Of a stretch of DNA of 64,000 nucleotides, positions 46,561 through 59,159 are shown one piece after another. The position numbers were made by a program, and so were the translations under genes. The notes under the pieces were generated by a model that saw only the letters and a list, made by a program, of their open reading frames with translations, searched no databases and was not told the DNA's origin. The DNA is from Camelus dromedarius (Eukaryota). Positions within the stretch are counted from its first letter, which is position 1. Each line of letters begins with the position of its first letter. The DNA lies in NCBI RefSeq assembly GCF_036321535.1, contig NC_087437.1, positions 37,698,001-37,762,000 on the forward strand. The letters are read 5' to 3'.

Positions 46561-49179
46561 ACATTGGCGAGGCAGGGGCTAAGTGTATGGTAAAGCAAAC
46601 ACTTTAATTATAAATATTGGGAAGAAACATACCTCTTTCTCTGAGACCAAATGATAAAAGATCAATACAGTAAAAGTAGTTTTCTGAGTTTGAGAGGATG
46701 TTACCTGAAGAAGTTTATTCTTGGGAGTTGTTATTAAACGTGTGAATTGGACATTTTAAAAGCTGCGTGGCTGTGTAAATTTTGGCATTACTTTCTTGTG
46801 AGTATGCTAAGGAGTGAAAAAAAATGTGTGATATAAATAATGTTTTGGAATAATGAGTTCCCAGTAAGAGATGAATACCATGCTTTTTTTAGGGGGATTT
46901 GGCTTCATATATTTAAATCTTATTCAACAGTAATTCATGGCCTGAAACCAGAGAAAGAACAATAAACTCAGGGGAAACCTGGGATTAGGGTGGATGCAAT
47001 GTATAAATGTTGTGATGTGTTCTGGAGCTAATTGTAAGTAGAGATTAAAGAACTGAGTAAATTGACAGGGTTAAGTGATAGGAGTTGCTGAAAATATAAA
47101 GACGGAATTTAGTGAACCCTAAAGAAAGAAAAGATAAAGGTTTATAATAATGAAGAAAAAGCACCTAATTTAATATTTTGAAGTTGGAGAGGTTGTGTGT
47201 GATGTCCATGCTGATGAGAATATGATATGGGGCTTGAAAAACATAACAGGTGTTAAGGAAAGAAGTTACTAGGTAGATGATGGATTGGCAATAGGAAAAA
47301 TGGAATTGAAAGGATGATGAGGAACATTGAAAAAGAAGAAAAATGATCCAGGTGTTTGTTTTGTTTTAGCTGAAGTAGTCAGGTTGCAAAACTTCTGAAA
47401 GGATCACAAACACCTGATTTGAATTTGAGGCCTCAGGGAGAGGCTCGGCTTTCAAGGTTGCAAGCACACACATTTGCAAGGAGTATTGGAGGTTTAAATA
47501 GGATGAAACAGGATGAATATGAAGATGTTACTGTTTTATAGCTTGGCAATCCACCTTTTCTATCCTCATCCCCTTTAGCAGTATGTCTCCTACGGAAGCC
47601 AATGGGAATATGAGTCTGTTTGTTTGTCTGTTTGTTTGTTTTAAATCACTTTACAGTTGACTTTCTCTTGTTCTGAGTAGGTCTGTGTATAAAATCAGGC
47701 CAACACACGTATTTATTAAGGATATATATTCTTAAATTTAGAATATAACACATTTATATGAATGTATATCTTTATTCAATAATAATTTATCACTTAATCA
47801 TCTCTTCTACATTCATCTCCGACTACTTCTTTAAACATATCCTGAATTCTCAACTTTACTGTTTTCTGTTGCCCGTTTTCCTTTGTGTAATCCTAAGCAT
47901 TAAACACCTGTTCATGTTTTTCCTTTGGTTAATAGTCTTTCCCCACTTTGCCTTTCCCCCATCCTAAATGCTGAAATTATAGATGCCATTTGTGAAAGCT
48001 GTTTTCTCCATTCTTTTTTAAATTCTCAACCAAACACATACGATTTCTTCCTCTATTGTTCCCTGCTAGCATTTGTCAATATTTTTTATACTTAACATAT
48101 CCTTCATTTCGTATTCTTACTATATCCTGATTTTTGTACACTTTCTTCCCTGCGTAGTAAATTGTAATCTTACTCATCTTTATATTCCCTGAAGTGCCTA
48201 GCATGCAGTTTATAGATAATAAGCTCCCATATTTGTTTGAAGATTTGCTATAATAGTGGGTAGTTTTTCATTTGATCTGATATATCCTTTTAATTTATTT
48301 AACTATATCATCTTTCAAATTAGACCATATATTCTGAATGTAATAACATAGTGTCATTCATTTTCTTTATGTTTCCATGCCTCTGGGAATGAGATTTTTA
48401 AATATACTAAAGATAGTCTTTGTTCTTGATAATAGTTACAATAACTCACCAGTGAATTTACCTTTAAATTTTTCTACTGCCTCTGGTGATATTTGATAAA
48501 AAAGAAGTACAGTAACAGTGGTGGTAATTGTAGTTTACTGCCCAGAATCTGGAATTCCACTTTTTAGAATGAATTCAAAGACCTGTGTGTCTCCTCTAAC
48601 AAATAGAAATATTCAAAAAATCACAAACATCTAAAATTAGTCAACAGAATGTTAAAAAAAAAGGAGACTGTGTTCTTATTAAACAATGTCATAAGTAGTT
48701 ATAATCTAATTATATAATGAAATTTTAAAAATATCTAAAGTATCAGTTATGGTTGAAAGTAAGTAGTGGTTCTACAATAAAGTAGTTATCAGAAAGTACT
48801 GCAACAAAGAAGCTATTTTCATTTAAAAATCATTTCTGGAAGAAAAATTTAGTAATTTATATTATTATAGTGTCACTGTGACAAAATTTCTGATTATAAA
48901 TGCCAAGATGAATAAAAAGAGGTGTTAATATTTATTTCAGAGTATTAAACCAAAGCAAACACAAAAATCTGATATCATGACGCTATCTATGTCAAGTTAA
49001 ACCCTAAACAATTGACTCATATGATATTAGACTAATTTTTATTTCTGTGATTTATTTCTCACAAATTCTCTAACTAGCCTGGGGGTACAGTAGCAAAACA
49101 TGAGTAAAATGATCAGAACAGTATCTCTTGCTTCAACTTGTTAACAAAATAAAAAACTCCAAAATATGAGACTGGCATT

Positions 49180-49750
49180 GTTACCAGTATTCACTTTTCA
49201 AATGAGAAAAACTAAGGGTACCCTGGGTGAGTTATGTCACAGGTTGAGTTCTCCAGGAAGCTGACCTGAGATGAAGTGTAGGGTGCAAGATATTTATTAG
49301 GAATGGATTTTGAAATTGATATTTGTGAAAAGGAGAAGAGGGAAAAGTCCAGCTTTGATGCAGGTTGGACAGCCTCAGTGGACATTATAGGGAGCTCTGG
49401 AACTGAAACTGTGCTGTCAGTATCATCCCTGGTTGAACTGAAATTGAAATGGTTCCACATTTATAGTCCTGCCTCCAACAGTCAATGGATGTGGCCTCCA
49501 GGAAGGGTGTGACCTTGGGAGAAGTATATGGGCAGCTCAAACAATCCGGTAAGGGCTGACAGCTGCAGGCGTTCTGCCAACAGCACTTTCAATAGCTGAG
49601 CAAGAAGTCCTTCTGTGACAGTGCATCTGGGCAGAGCATCTCTATGTCCATAACAAAGTTAGTTGACCGAGATCACAGTTACTGGAAGAACCTAGATTCA
49701 AACTAATCTTATTTATATCCAAAGCCTGTGTTCTTAACCATTATACTACA
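49180..49750 (-). mobile_element. MIR SINE (antisense), split by an LTR16 insertion
   Basis: Left half 'attcacttttcaaatgagaaaaactaagg' continues on the right as 'aagttagttgaccgagatcacagttactggaagaacctagattcaaac...ccaaagcctgtgttcttaaccattatact'. Confidence 0.75.
49235..49655 (-). mobile_element. ERVL solo LTR, LTR16 family (LTR16A-like)
   Basis: TG...CA ends. Contains 'tgtcacaggttgagttctccaggaagc', 'gggagctctggaact' and 'cagtcaatggatgtggcctccaggaagggtgtgaccttgg', the reverse complement of motifs in the 10889-11288 copy. Flanks gagtta / aagtta. Confidence 0.82.
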
Positions 49751-49964
49751 AATCCCTTGTCTCCTTTTCTGCAGATCCTGAGACCCATTCGTTAATATGA
49801 AAGCCTTTACCTAGCGATTGTTCCTACTGGCAGTACCGTAGCTTATTCTTCAGTGTCCACTTAGCATGTCTCAAAATCATAGAAAGATAATCCTCAGATT
49901 CATGAGACCATCCTATTGAGCTTCTTTGTATTTTTAGTTCAAGAGAATTTGTAGCTATCCATGT

Positions 49965-50040
49965 TCATATATTATATAGATACACATATGTTTATATATT
50001 ATATGTATTATGTATATATGCATATATGTATTTATATATC
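49965..50040. repeat. Degenerate (TA)n-rich simple repeat
   Basis: Seen directly. Confidence 0.8.
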
Positions 50041-50152
50041 AAACATTTATTAAGTAACTAGTATTTACTAGCAGCTTGAAAACACTAGTTTGTGAATAGA
50101 ATGAAGAGAATAGTAGAATGATCTTGAGTCACAGAGCATTTTCATTTCATTG

Positions 50153-50752
50153 TGTTACCAGAGAGTAGGTTCTTGTCTCATCACAGAATGAATTCGGAGG
50201 TGAGACACAGATGTCAAGAAAGCAAAACAAGGGTATATTAAGCGATAGTATGCTTTCAAGGGGAGAGCAGGCAGTCTTAGGTGAGTAGCTGCCCTGAAAT
50301 TCTTTGGCAAGCTGACTATATGGGGTATGAAAATGCATGGGTGGAATATTCATTGGGGAGGGATGAGTTTGCAGTAGTATTTCTTGATTTTTCACCCCAG
50401 CTTTACCCTTCCGAGGAGAGGAGGGATTTTTGTCCTTATTTACTCTTGATCAGAAGTGTCATGGCATTGGTGCATGATGGGTACTTCTATCTGCTAGGCT
50501 AATTTTATTGTAATGAGAGTATAATGAGCAAAAGGTTATATTTGAAGACTGGAGATTCCCTCCTTCTTCCACCTTTCTTTGCCTCCAGGATCCTTGTCAC
50601 CCAAAAATGTGTGGTTTCCTATCAGTCTGGAGGTTCCTGTTTTTCTTTGTTTGCCCAAGGACGCCCATTGTTTACAAGATGTATGGTTTTTCTGCCAGAT
50701 GGTTCTTGCCCCCCTTTCCCTGCTCATATCTAGCTATATGCCTGCTCTAACA
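50153..50752 (-). mobile_element. ERV1-type solo LTR (600 bp), probably lineage-specific
   Basis: Inverted termini TGTTA (50153-57) and TAACA (50748-52), 4-bp flanks attg/gttg, higher GC than the surroundings. The 'tgttaccagagagtaggttcttg...cacagaatgaattc' end is typical of an antisense ERV1 U5. Confidence 0.75.
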
Positions 50753-51429
50753 GTTGGTTCTTTAAATTGATTACAGTTCCTTTGTTTCTAGGACCTTGAG
50801 AATAAGTCAGATCACCGATTTTATGCTGACTGACTGCTACTCTCAAAATCATTCCTTCTCCCGCACCCACCAGCATCTTCAGACCATGCACCTGCGCTCC
50901 GTACCTCAAGTGGGATTTCTTTCCCATTTTTTATGCCCTAGTCAATGAGAGTCATTTTTTTTCTTCCTTAATTTTTAGTAATGTGCTTCAGCAATGACAG
51001 TACTCTACTATCTTTCCCATGGGATTCACAGGGGTTCATGTAAATAAAATTCTGGTTGGTCACAGTGCCCCACCAATTTTGTACTTGCCCAGAATTTGGT
51101 GTGCTCTGCTCTTATGAATCCACTTTGGAACCATAGATACTTGGATATGGAAAAATGAATTTGATAGAACATCATAATAATTACAAGAAAAATATTTCTA
51201 CTGTAGTAACAATTGGTTACTTGGAATTTTCAACTGTAATTTCGGAAATTACAGAATGGATGAAAATGTATTGTAGAAGTGATGCCAGGAAAAGCTAGCC
51301 TTTGCTGTCTCTCATGGGTGCTTTCCTTCAGGTTGGTGTATCTATCATAGGCAGTGTCTGCTATTCACCTATAGACCCGGAACCCAAATGTGTCAACAAT
51401 ACTAGAGGCAGTCTGTCTCTTAAGTGTCA

Positions 51430-51882
51430 TTCTAATTTGGCTAATGCAGCACAATTTTCCAACTTGCTTCTCTCTCCTCCCTGCTATATAAACTGGAAAA
51501 CATAAACTATCCTTTTTTTTCAATATTTTTACTTGTAGGATTGGACATGTTAAATAGTTCTGGCCAATGTGTGCCAAGGAATTTCTGGAAAAACTTTCTC
51601 TTTCCTGACAAAATATCCAGGTATCAGAGACACAGACTCTTCCTCTTAATTCTTTCCCTGAATGCTGACTTGGTGCCTTGAGCTGAGGTAACAATCTTGT
51701 GACTGTGAGGAAAATGTTAACTTAATCTCAGAGACTTTGGATCCTGGCACGGCAAGCTATGAAACCAACACCAGCATCTATCTATCTTTAGTCTTTTGTT
51801 ATAAGAGAAAAGATTAACCCCTATGTTGTAGCCACCATTGGCCTGTATTCTGTTACTTTTGAGTGAAAACATGCTTGTTACA
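51430..51882 (+). mobile_element. MaLR LTR, MLT1 (J/K/L-like)
   Basis: 'catgttaaatagttctggccaatg', 'caatcttgtgactgtgagg', 'cttttgttataagagaaaagattaacccctatgttgtagccac...ttctgttactt'. Confidence 0.7.
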
Positions 51883-52249
51883 AACGATTGCCTATACATT
51901 TACAATGGCAGTTTATAAATTTATAGTAAGAAATAACTATCAAAACTATCAGAATACTATCAAACCTATCAGAATACTTATTTCAACATATTGAGCTGTA
52001 TCCTTATAGATGGAAAACCAGGTTATAAACTGCTTGGCAAGTATGGATTCTGAACAAGTGGATTTCATTAGAAAGAAAGAATATCTAATAACAACAGATT
52101 CAGATAACCTGATCTCTGTTAGCACCACAGTAGGAATAGCTTTGCCTATGGAATGAAACACTCCAAGTCAATTGGATAGGATTATGTTTACTCTGAACTG
52201 TGCTAGGATGATCCCTGAAAATTTGTCCACTGTGACTCTTTTTCTGACC

Positions 52250-52430
52250 TGGTTTTAGCACTTACCAACTGTGTAGCTGTTGGCAAGTTCCTTTTCCTTT
52301 GTGCTTCAGTTTTAATATGATTATAATAATATTTATTTCATTTTGTTTGTGTGAGGATTAAGTGAAAGATATTCTAAAGAGCTTAGACTATTGCTTGAAA
52401 TGTAGTAAGTGCTCAGTGATTTTAGATTTA
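52250..52430 (+). mobile_element. MIR SINE
   Basis: 'gcacttaccaactgtgtagctgttggcaagtt...gtgcttcagttt...gtgaggattaagtga...tagtaagtgctcag'. Confidence 0.8.
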
Positions 52431-53449
52431 TTTCACATCTAGCTAATTCTCTTTCTTAAAGACATGCTTTCTCTATATATTTTAATATATTCAGTCAAGA
52501 TAGAATCAGATCTGGTGACATCAGAGTCCTTATGCTTCTTTAGGATGGTGTGCATATCAGTACTCTAATTATTCACTGATATAATTAAAAATCTAATGTT
52601 TAGAGAGGAATATTTTCTTCACAACTATCTCTCAATTTGAACTATTAATGCACTTTTGAGGAAAAATATGGATAAAAATTAATACTACTCATATACATGC
52701 ACACAGAATTATGCATAATCCCTTATAAATTTTGGTATGATCTAGTATAAACTTTTTGCCATGAAGTCAGGAGGCAGGGACTTATATTCAGTGTAGTTTA
52801 GAAGTATTTCTGTCAAAGAAATCATAGAAGCTCACTATTCACAGCCTGTTGCAAAGTGCTTCCTGCCCAGCATTCTTTCCCTGCTGTATGGTACTGCTCA
52901 TGTGCTCTAAGATTACCCTGTGACAAATCATGATGTTTCAGAGTGCTTTTAAAAATCCCCTACAAAACTTTTAAATGAAATAATGAGGCCGTTAAAAATT
53001 TTTGAGAGGCCTCCAGATGGAAACTCGTATGAAAATGTGTCACAAACTGAACCAAAATGGTTTTCAGTTGCATTGTTAAAAAAAACTAGCAGATTACCCA
53101 TTTCATGTCTCAAATTAATGTAAGCTCATTTAGAACAAAACGTGACAATCTGCCAAGTAAATACAGAATTAAACTGCAATATTATTGAATAACACAAAGT
53201 TTTAAAATTTTTAAATCTAAAATTTTAATTGAAGTAGACAGAATAATGCAGCTAATGGCTAATGACTAATACTATCTGAATTTTCTTTGAATATTAAAGA
53301 TGATGTTACTTTGTTTAGTTGTGAAATTTATATTCACTTTTTCCCATAAACAGTCTATTTACTCTTCATATGGATGTTAAATGACAAGACAGACAGAACT
53401 GTGGGGTTTTTTGCAATACACCCGATTTTAAAATCATTTTTACAGATTT

Positions 53450-53635
53450 AAAGTAAATCCTAAGAATTCTCATCACAAGGAAAAAAATACTTATTTTGTA
53501 TGTATATGAAATGATGGAAATTTACTCAACTTACCATGGTAATTATTTCATGATATGTGTAAGTCCAACTATCATGCCTTAAACTTACACAGTACTGTAT
53601 GTCAGTTACACCTCAATAAAACTGGAAGAATAAAT
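53450..53635 (+). mobile_element. L1MB-like 3' end
   Basis: 'agtaaatcctaagaattctcatcacaaggaaaaaa...ccttaaacttacacagtactgtatgtcagttacacctcaataaaactggaagaa'. Confidence 0.8.
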
Positions 53636-53884
53636 AGAACAAAAATTCCTTTAAATTTCTGAAAATTATTTTCAGATAAACCAATCCTCCTACTGAAAGA
53701 TAAGGTCATTTTATAATTGTGGGGAAATGTTTCAGTGTAACACAAATGTTTCTGATAACTCCATTGTTTTATTCCTAAGGGTCACAGTCCTGTTGAGTCC
53801 ATATCTGAAGACTGATATCATCAGTTATCTCTGGCTGATCATATATAAAGATGGTGATGATGATCATGACAGTGCTGCAACAGC

Positions 53885-54100
53885 AAAATAGTTAACCAAT
53901 ATTTTAGCACTTTTTGTAATCCAGAAAATATACAAATTAACATACTTTATCAAATTATTTAACCAACAATTGAAGTAATTTTTTAATCTGCATTTTCTAG
54001 ATAAAATTGAAGCTTAGAAGGGCTAAGTAACTAAGTGTAGTTTAGTCAGTATACTAATTTAAACACAGATCTTTTGGACTCCAAAATTTGTGCTTTTAAG
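53885..54100 (-). mobile_element. MIR SINE (antisense)
   Basis: 'cattttctagataaaattgaagcttagaagggctaagtaact...tttaaacacagatcttttggactccaaaatttgtgcttttaa'. Confidence 0.65.
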
Positions 54101-54764
54101 CAATAGCAATATATTTAATTATGTATACAAAATGAATGAACTACTAAGTGCACTAGGTAGGTTTTTAAAACTTTACTTTTTCATGTTAATTATAGAAATT
54201 GCACTTACAATTGTAATTGGAGATGCTGATTCCATTAGCTAATTTCATACTACTAAAACTTGAATTTATTTTGGAAGTATCTTATCTCTTCTAGAAAAAT
54301 GTAGTTTATCTCACAGTTCACTTCTCACCATTTTCTCTTTACTTTCATTCAAGTTTCTCAGAACCACCTAAATATTAACTAGTGCAAAGCGCTTTCCAAA
54401 TATTTTGTCATTTCTCCTCTTCAACTTTGAGAAACAGCTATCATAATCCCCATTTTACATAGATTATAAGTGCTTTTCAGAATTTAATTATTTGTCCACG
54501 TGAAAACTCCACCATTAACTTCCTGTAGTAGAAGTGATAGAGATGTTAGAGTTCAGGAGTCTGACCTTAAAGAGAATTTGGTAAGAAAAGGACAAGTTAC
54601 CACAGACATGTAATACTAAAGGTTTTACTACTGCAAAATATGCGTCTCTCTCTCTCTAGCCTCTGATACCAATTTCCTAACTACTTGCCATCCATTCGGT
54701 AAACTAATTACCACAAAAACAGGTTTCTTCACTATGTTCACACTCCATTTCCAAAAGCAATATG

Positions 54765-55183
54765 TGTATTACTCAGGATAGGTTAGAGTATGCCAAAGAA
54801 TCTAATAAAACCCAAATTACAAATGGCTTAATACTTTAAATGTTTACTTCTCACTGAGACATTATCTGATTCACACAAGGTGTCTTGCTGGGTGTCGCTC
54901 CTTCAAGGCTTGACTCATGAGTTCAAGCTGACTTAATGGATCTAATGCTGACAAATGGGTTTAATTCTGTTTTTCAGTCATGCAATTGGGAGAACATGGC
55001 TTTCAAGGTCACCATGACAGAAGAGAGAGCCAGAGGGCTTGATGGGGTGTTTTAAATTGCTAGAGCAGTGAGTTTCTTAACATTTCGTCTGTCTGTTAGT
55101 TACATAGACAAGTCACATGAACAACATAATTGCAAGGATGACTAGAAAATCTCAAGGAGCACATGGGAATAGTCTCTGCTACA
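54765..55183 (-). mobile_element. MaLR LTR, MLT1 (antisense)
   Basis: 'tgtattactcaggataggttagagtatgc...aaacccaaattacaaatggcttaatac...gtttacttctcact' and 'agtcacatgaacaacataattgcaaggatgactagaaaat...gtctctgctaca'. Confidence 0.75.
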
Positions 55184-55624
55184 GTCTCATACTGAATCAT
55201 CTTACTGAATTTCAAAATCTGAGGAAACCTATACAAACTTTACTTTTAAGATAACTGGAGCAGTTTTGGATTAGAAAATCTATAGGACCCATTTCAGGAC
55301 ACTTCACTGTGTATGTCAATGTATACAACAATAATAATGCCTTTCTATGCCACTTAGAAGCTGCAGTTACAGGATTAACCTTTATTAAATTAGTTTTGTG
55401 AAACTGTGATTTTATGCTCAGAAGGGAGGTAGTGTAGTAAAACAGGTATTAGAAAGTTGGTGGAGCTGGGCTATAGGTCTAGCTCTAGCTGTGGTCTAAC
55501 CTGACACACTACGTAACCTCTCTGTGCCTCATTGCTCTCATGTGTTAAAGGGAGAGGGCAGCTGATGGGTTTCCAGATGTGTCTCTGTCCCTGAATTCTA
55601 TGGCTTCAGCCATCTCAGAGGGCA

Positions 55625-55930
55625 GGAAAGCAGTGGTCAAAGGCACAAACTCTAGTGTCAGAATTCTTCTTTTCTTTTTTTTTAACAAGGGAAAAGACAG
55701 CTTTTTATTTATGTACGTACAGAGGAGTTCACAGAAGAATGTGGCTGTCAGAATTTCCTGGTTTTAATCCTGCTTATTATTTATAAGCAGTGTAAACTTA
55801 AAAAACCTTCCATGTATTTCAATTTGCTTATCCACAAAATGTTGCCTCATATGTTTCTTGAGAGGGTTAAATGATTTAATATATGGAAATTAATATACTC
55901 AGAACATAATATGTAATACTTTTTGAGCTA
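55625..55930 (+). mobile_element. MIR SINE interrupted by an 80-bp retro-insertion
   Basis: Removing the insert and one TSD copy restores the MIR 5' sequence 'gcagtggtcaaaggcacaaactctagtgtcagaatttcctggttttaatcctgc...agcagtgtaaactt'. Confidence 0.7.
55666..55745 (-). mobile_element. Short polyadenylated retrocopy (3' end of an unidentified transcript) with TSD
   Basis: Direct repeat tgtcagaatt at 55656-55665 and 55746-55755. Minus-strand AATAAA at 55704-55709 lies about 20 nt before an A-rich tail (55667-55683). Confidence 0.7.
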
Positions 55931-57156
55931 TTATTTTAGTCTGAGAAAAATCTCTAAAATAAAACTTGGTGGCTTGTTAGAAGCACCAAGTTATTTGTGA
56001 GCAAAACTAAAAAGACAATCTTGGTTTTAGTTCTTTCCATTTCTATTAGGCAGCACCATTACTAAAAATTCTAAATATTTCTATAAAATCATTGCTTCAA
56101 AAGTGATTTTTTATAAAAGATACCGAAAATGAAAATGTAATTATCTCCATCTATAGCAAAATGTTCACAGGTATTCCTACAAAATGCTTATGTATTTATG
56201 AAAATGTTGAAGACTCTTGAAAAAATATCATTGAATACTTAGAAGAGCAGTAATTTATTTCATACCTAAAATTTAAATGTGAAATACCCAAACTTAGACA
56301 TGGTAGCTTCCAAAGCAATTAACAGAGACTGGAAACAGGACATTTTTCTGATTTTGAACATGGCCCCATTCCTTTGATTTGTGTTAAAAAAAAAAAACAA
56401 AAACCTAGTGTTTTAGCAATATTTATTTCACCTGCTTAGCTAATTTAAAATCTGTAATTGTTAATAATAACTTGTCATATTTTAAAATAAGAAAATAATA
56501 CTTATTATATAGAACTTAAAGAGGAAAACATTTACTTAGTGATCGCTCCTTTTCATTGTTTTTTACTTGCTTTCAGGTTGTTAATTTTCACAGCCACACT
56601 CAAGGAAGAGTATTATTATGCTCTTGTTCAGACAGGGGAACTAGGTTCACACAGCATGTACACGCCAGGCCCAGGAATTATTCAAGCCCAAATGCCAAAT
56701 ATGGGGTTCATTCTGCTGAACTTCAGTACCTACCTCAATGTTCAAAAAAACTAGGGCTTCTATGAATGAACAAAAGAAACATTTTATTATGAATCTGAGA
56801 GTGTGGAGTTTGGAGTTGAAGGGCCTGGCTTCTTTGAGGCTTAGATCATATTTCACTGTCTTCAAAGCTGACTGAAATTTTCCCAGAAAGAGAATGATTT
56901 TTCTTCAGACAAGGCTGTATGAGCATCTATATTTGGAAATTGTCAAATACCATGCAAATAATGTTACTACTATTATTCTTATCATTGTTGTTTTAAATAG
57001 AACTATAATTTATAGAAATATAACTTAAACACGAAGCTTCACCACACAGAAATTTGACGTATTTTCCTTAAGGTTATAAAGGCTCCCTCTTAGTTATTAA
57101 ATTCCATAGCTATTTTATTGTCATCAACCTGCTTAATTATTTTGTGGCATTTGATC

Positions 57157-57457
57157 TTTATTTTCAAAAGATTTTTCCCAGATTTATTGAGATATTATTG
57201 ACATATGACATATGGAAGTTTAAGGTGTACAATGTAATGACCAGATACACATATATAATTGCAGAATAATTACCATAGTAATGTTAGTTAACACCTCTAT
57301 CTCCTCACATAATTACAATTATTTTGAACATGTGGTGATAACATTTATGATTTACTCTCTTAACAACTTTCAGGTTTACAACACAGTACTGTTAATTATA
57401 AATCGCCACACTGTGCATCAGATCCCCAGATCTTATTTATCTTATAGCTGGGAGTTT
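57157..57457 (-). mobile_element. L1MA-type 3' end (L1MA9-like), antisense
   Basis: 'tttattgagatattattgacatatgacatatggaagtttaaggtgtacaatgtaatga...ttactctcttaacaactttcagg...cagatccccagatcttatttatcttatagctgggagttt'. Confidence 0.8.
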
Positions 57458-57490
57458 ATTTGCTTCTTAAAACTTCTGTAATGGCTTCTT

Positions 57491-58421
57491 TTTTTTAGTT
57501 GAAGTGTTGTCTGTCACAATGTGTCAATTTCTGGTGTACAACAAAATGTGCCAGTCATGTGTATGTATATATACGTGTGTATATATGTGTGTATGTATAT
57601 ATATGTACACACATATACATACATGCATTCATTTTTATATTCTTCTTTTATATTCTTTTTCATTGAAGATTATTACAAGATATTGAATATAGTTTCCTGT
57701 GCTCTACAGGAGAAATTTGTTTTCTATCTGTTTTTATATATAGTGGTTAACCTTTGGAAATCTCAAACTCCCAAATTTATCCCTTCCCACCCCATTTCCC
57801 CTAGTAACTTTCAAATTGTTTACTACGTCTGCAAGTCTGTTTCTGTTTTGTAAATGAGTTCATTAGGTGTCCTCTTTTTTTTTTTTTTTTAACTCTATAT
57901 AGTATCATATAGTCTTTTCTTTCTCTTTCTGGCTTACTTCACTTAGAATGACATTCTCCAGGTTCATCCATGTTGCTACAAATGATATTATTTTATTATT
58001 TTTTATGGTTGAGTAGTATTACATTGTATAAATATACCAGAGCTTCTTTATCCAGTAATATGTCGATGGACATTTAGGTTGATTCCATTTCTTGGTCATT
58101 GTAAATAGCGCTGCTATGAATATTGGGGTGCATGTATCTTTTTGAATTAGAGCTCCCTCCTCATATATGCCTAGGAGTGGGATTGCCGGATCATATAGTA
58201 AGTCTATTTTTAGTTTTTTGAGGAATTTCCATTCTGTTTTCCATAATTTCTGCACCAAACTACATTCTCACCAGCAGTGTAGGAGGGTTCCCTTTCTCCA
58301 CACCCTCTCCAGCATGGACTTTTGAATGATGACCATTCTGACTGGTGTGAGGTGATGCCTCGTTGTAGTTTTGATTTGCTTTTCTCTAATAATTAGCACT
58401 ATTGAACATTTTTTTCATATG
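57491..58421 (-). mobile_element. 5'-truncated, relatively young L1 (3' UTR plus ORF2 C-terminus)
   Basis: ORF 58019-58258(-) '[28 protein letters not shown]...CTPIFIAALFTMTKKWNQPKCPS...WIKKLWYIYTM' is L1 ORF2 C-terminal sequence. Poly(T) at ~57489-57496 and a TA/TG repeat inside the 3' UTR. Possible TSD tgtaatggcttctt (57477-57490) / tgtagtggcctctt (58422-58435). Confidence 0.95.
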
Positions 58422-58559
58422 TGTAGTGGCCTCTTGATGTCCCTTCTTTCCTCGTTCTCTTCTTGCTTACTCCTATCCCTACCATCCCTCTCAGTCTTAC
58501 ACCATCTTCATAGCCCTGCCTGCCAGAGTTTCTCCTGGTACTTCCAAAGTCTTCTCTTC

Positions 58560-59030
58560 TGTCATCTTTTCATTGTGGTCACATTCAGTTGAGTGCTTGG
58601 TCTTTCCCAGTGGCTTTAACAGGCAGTCTCAGGCCAGTGACTAAAATGTGCATCTTCAGATCTAACCTCCCATTTAAGTGCAGGCCTATATTTTGAACTG
58701 ATTTTCTATGTTTCCAGATTTATATTCTCTGGATTCCACAAATTCAAAATCAGACAACTGAATTTATAGTCTTCTTTAACAGCATTTCAACAGCGTATCT
58801 GTCATCAACCAATTTTTTCCAAGCTAGAAAAATAGTAGTTACTCTTAATTTCTCTCTCCTCCTCATTGCTTAAAAGTAAATAGTCTCCAAGTATTACTTA
58901 TCCTAACTCTTAGGTAGGTTTGAAACCTTCCCCTCCTTTCCATTCTGATTTCTGGCATCTTGGTTGGGGTTCCCATTGGTTCTTGTCAGATCTCCCCCAT
59001 TAGCTTTCTAAAAGGCTATTCACTTTCCAA
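58560..59030 (+). mobile_element. L2 LINE fragment
   Basis: 'tttcccagtggctttaac...ccagtgactaaaatgtgcatcttcagatctaacctccc', 'ccaagctagaaaaatagtagttactcttaatttctctctcct'. Confidence 0.65.
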
Positions 59031-59159
59031 GTCTTCCAGCTACAAGAAGCGTCATTAATTTGATTTGTTGTTAATTTGATTCTTAAATTACTGATCTTAA
59101 TTTAAATGTAATTTGACCCTAAATACATCACAATATCTAAAAGGCCCTCTCACAAACCT

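Noticed and set aside
50147..50927. Cluster of six overlapping ORFs on both strands
   Set aside because: They lie in or overlap a GC-richer solo LTR where stops are rarer; no gag, pol or env similarity is visible.
58019..58258. 79-aa ORF as a host gene
   Set aside because: It is a fragment of L1 ORF2 in a 5'-truncated element that lacks the promoter, ORF1, endonuclease and RT regions.
57477..58435. Treating tgtaatggcttctt / tgtagtggcctctt as a certain TSD
   Set aside because: There are two mismatches, and the right-hand copy also resembles the natural continuation of L1 sequence, so it is kept only as possible.
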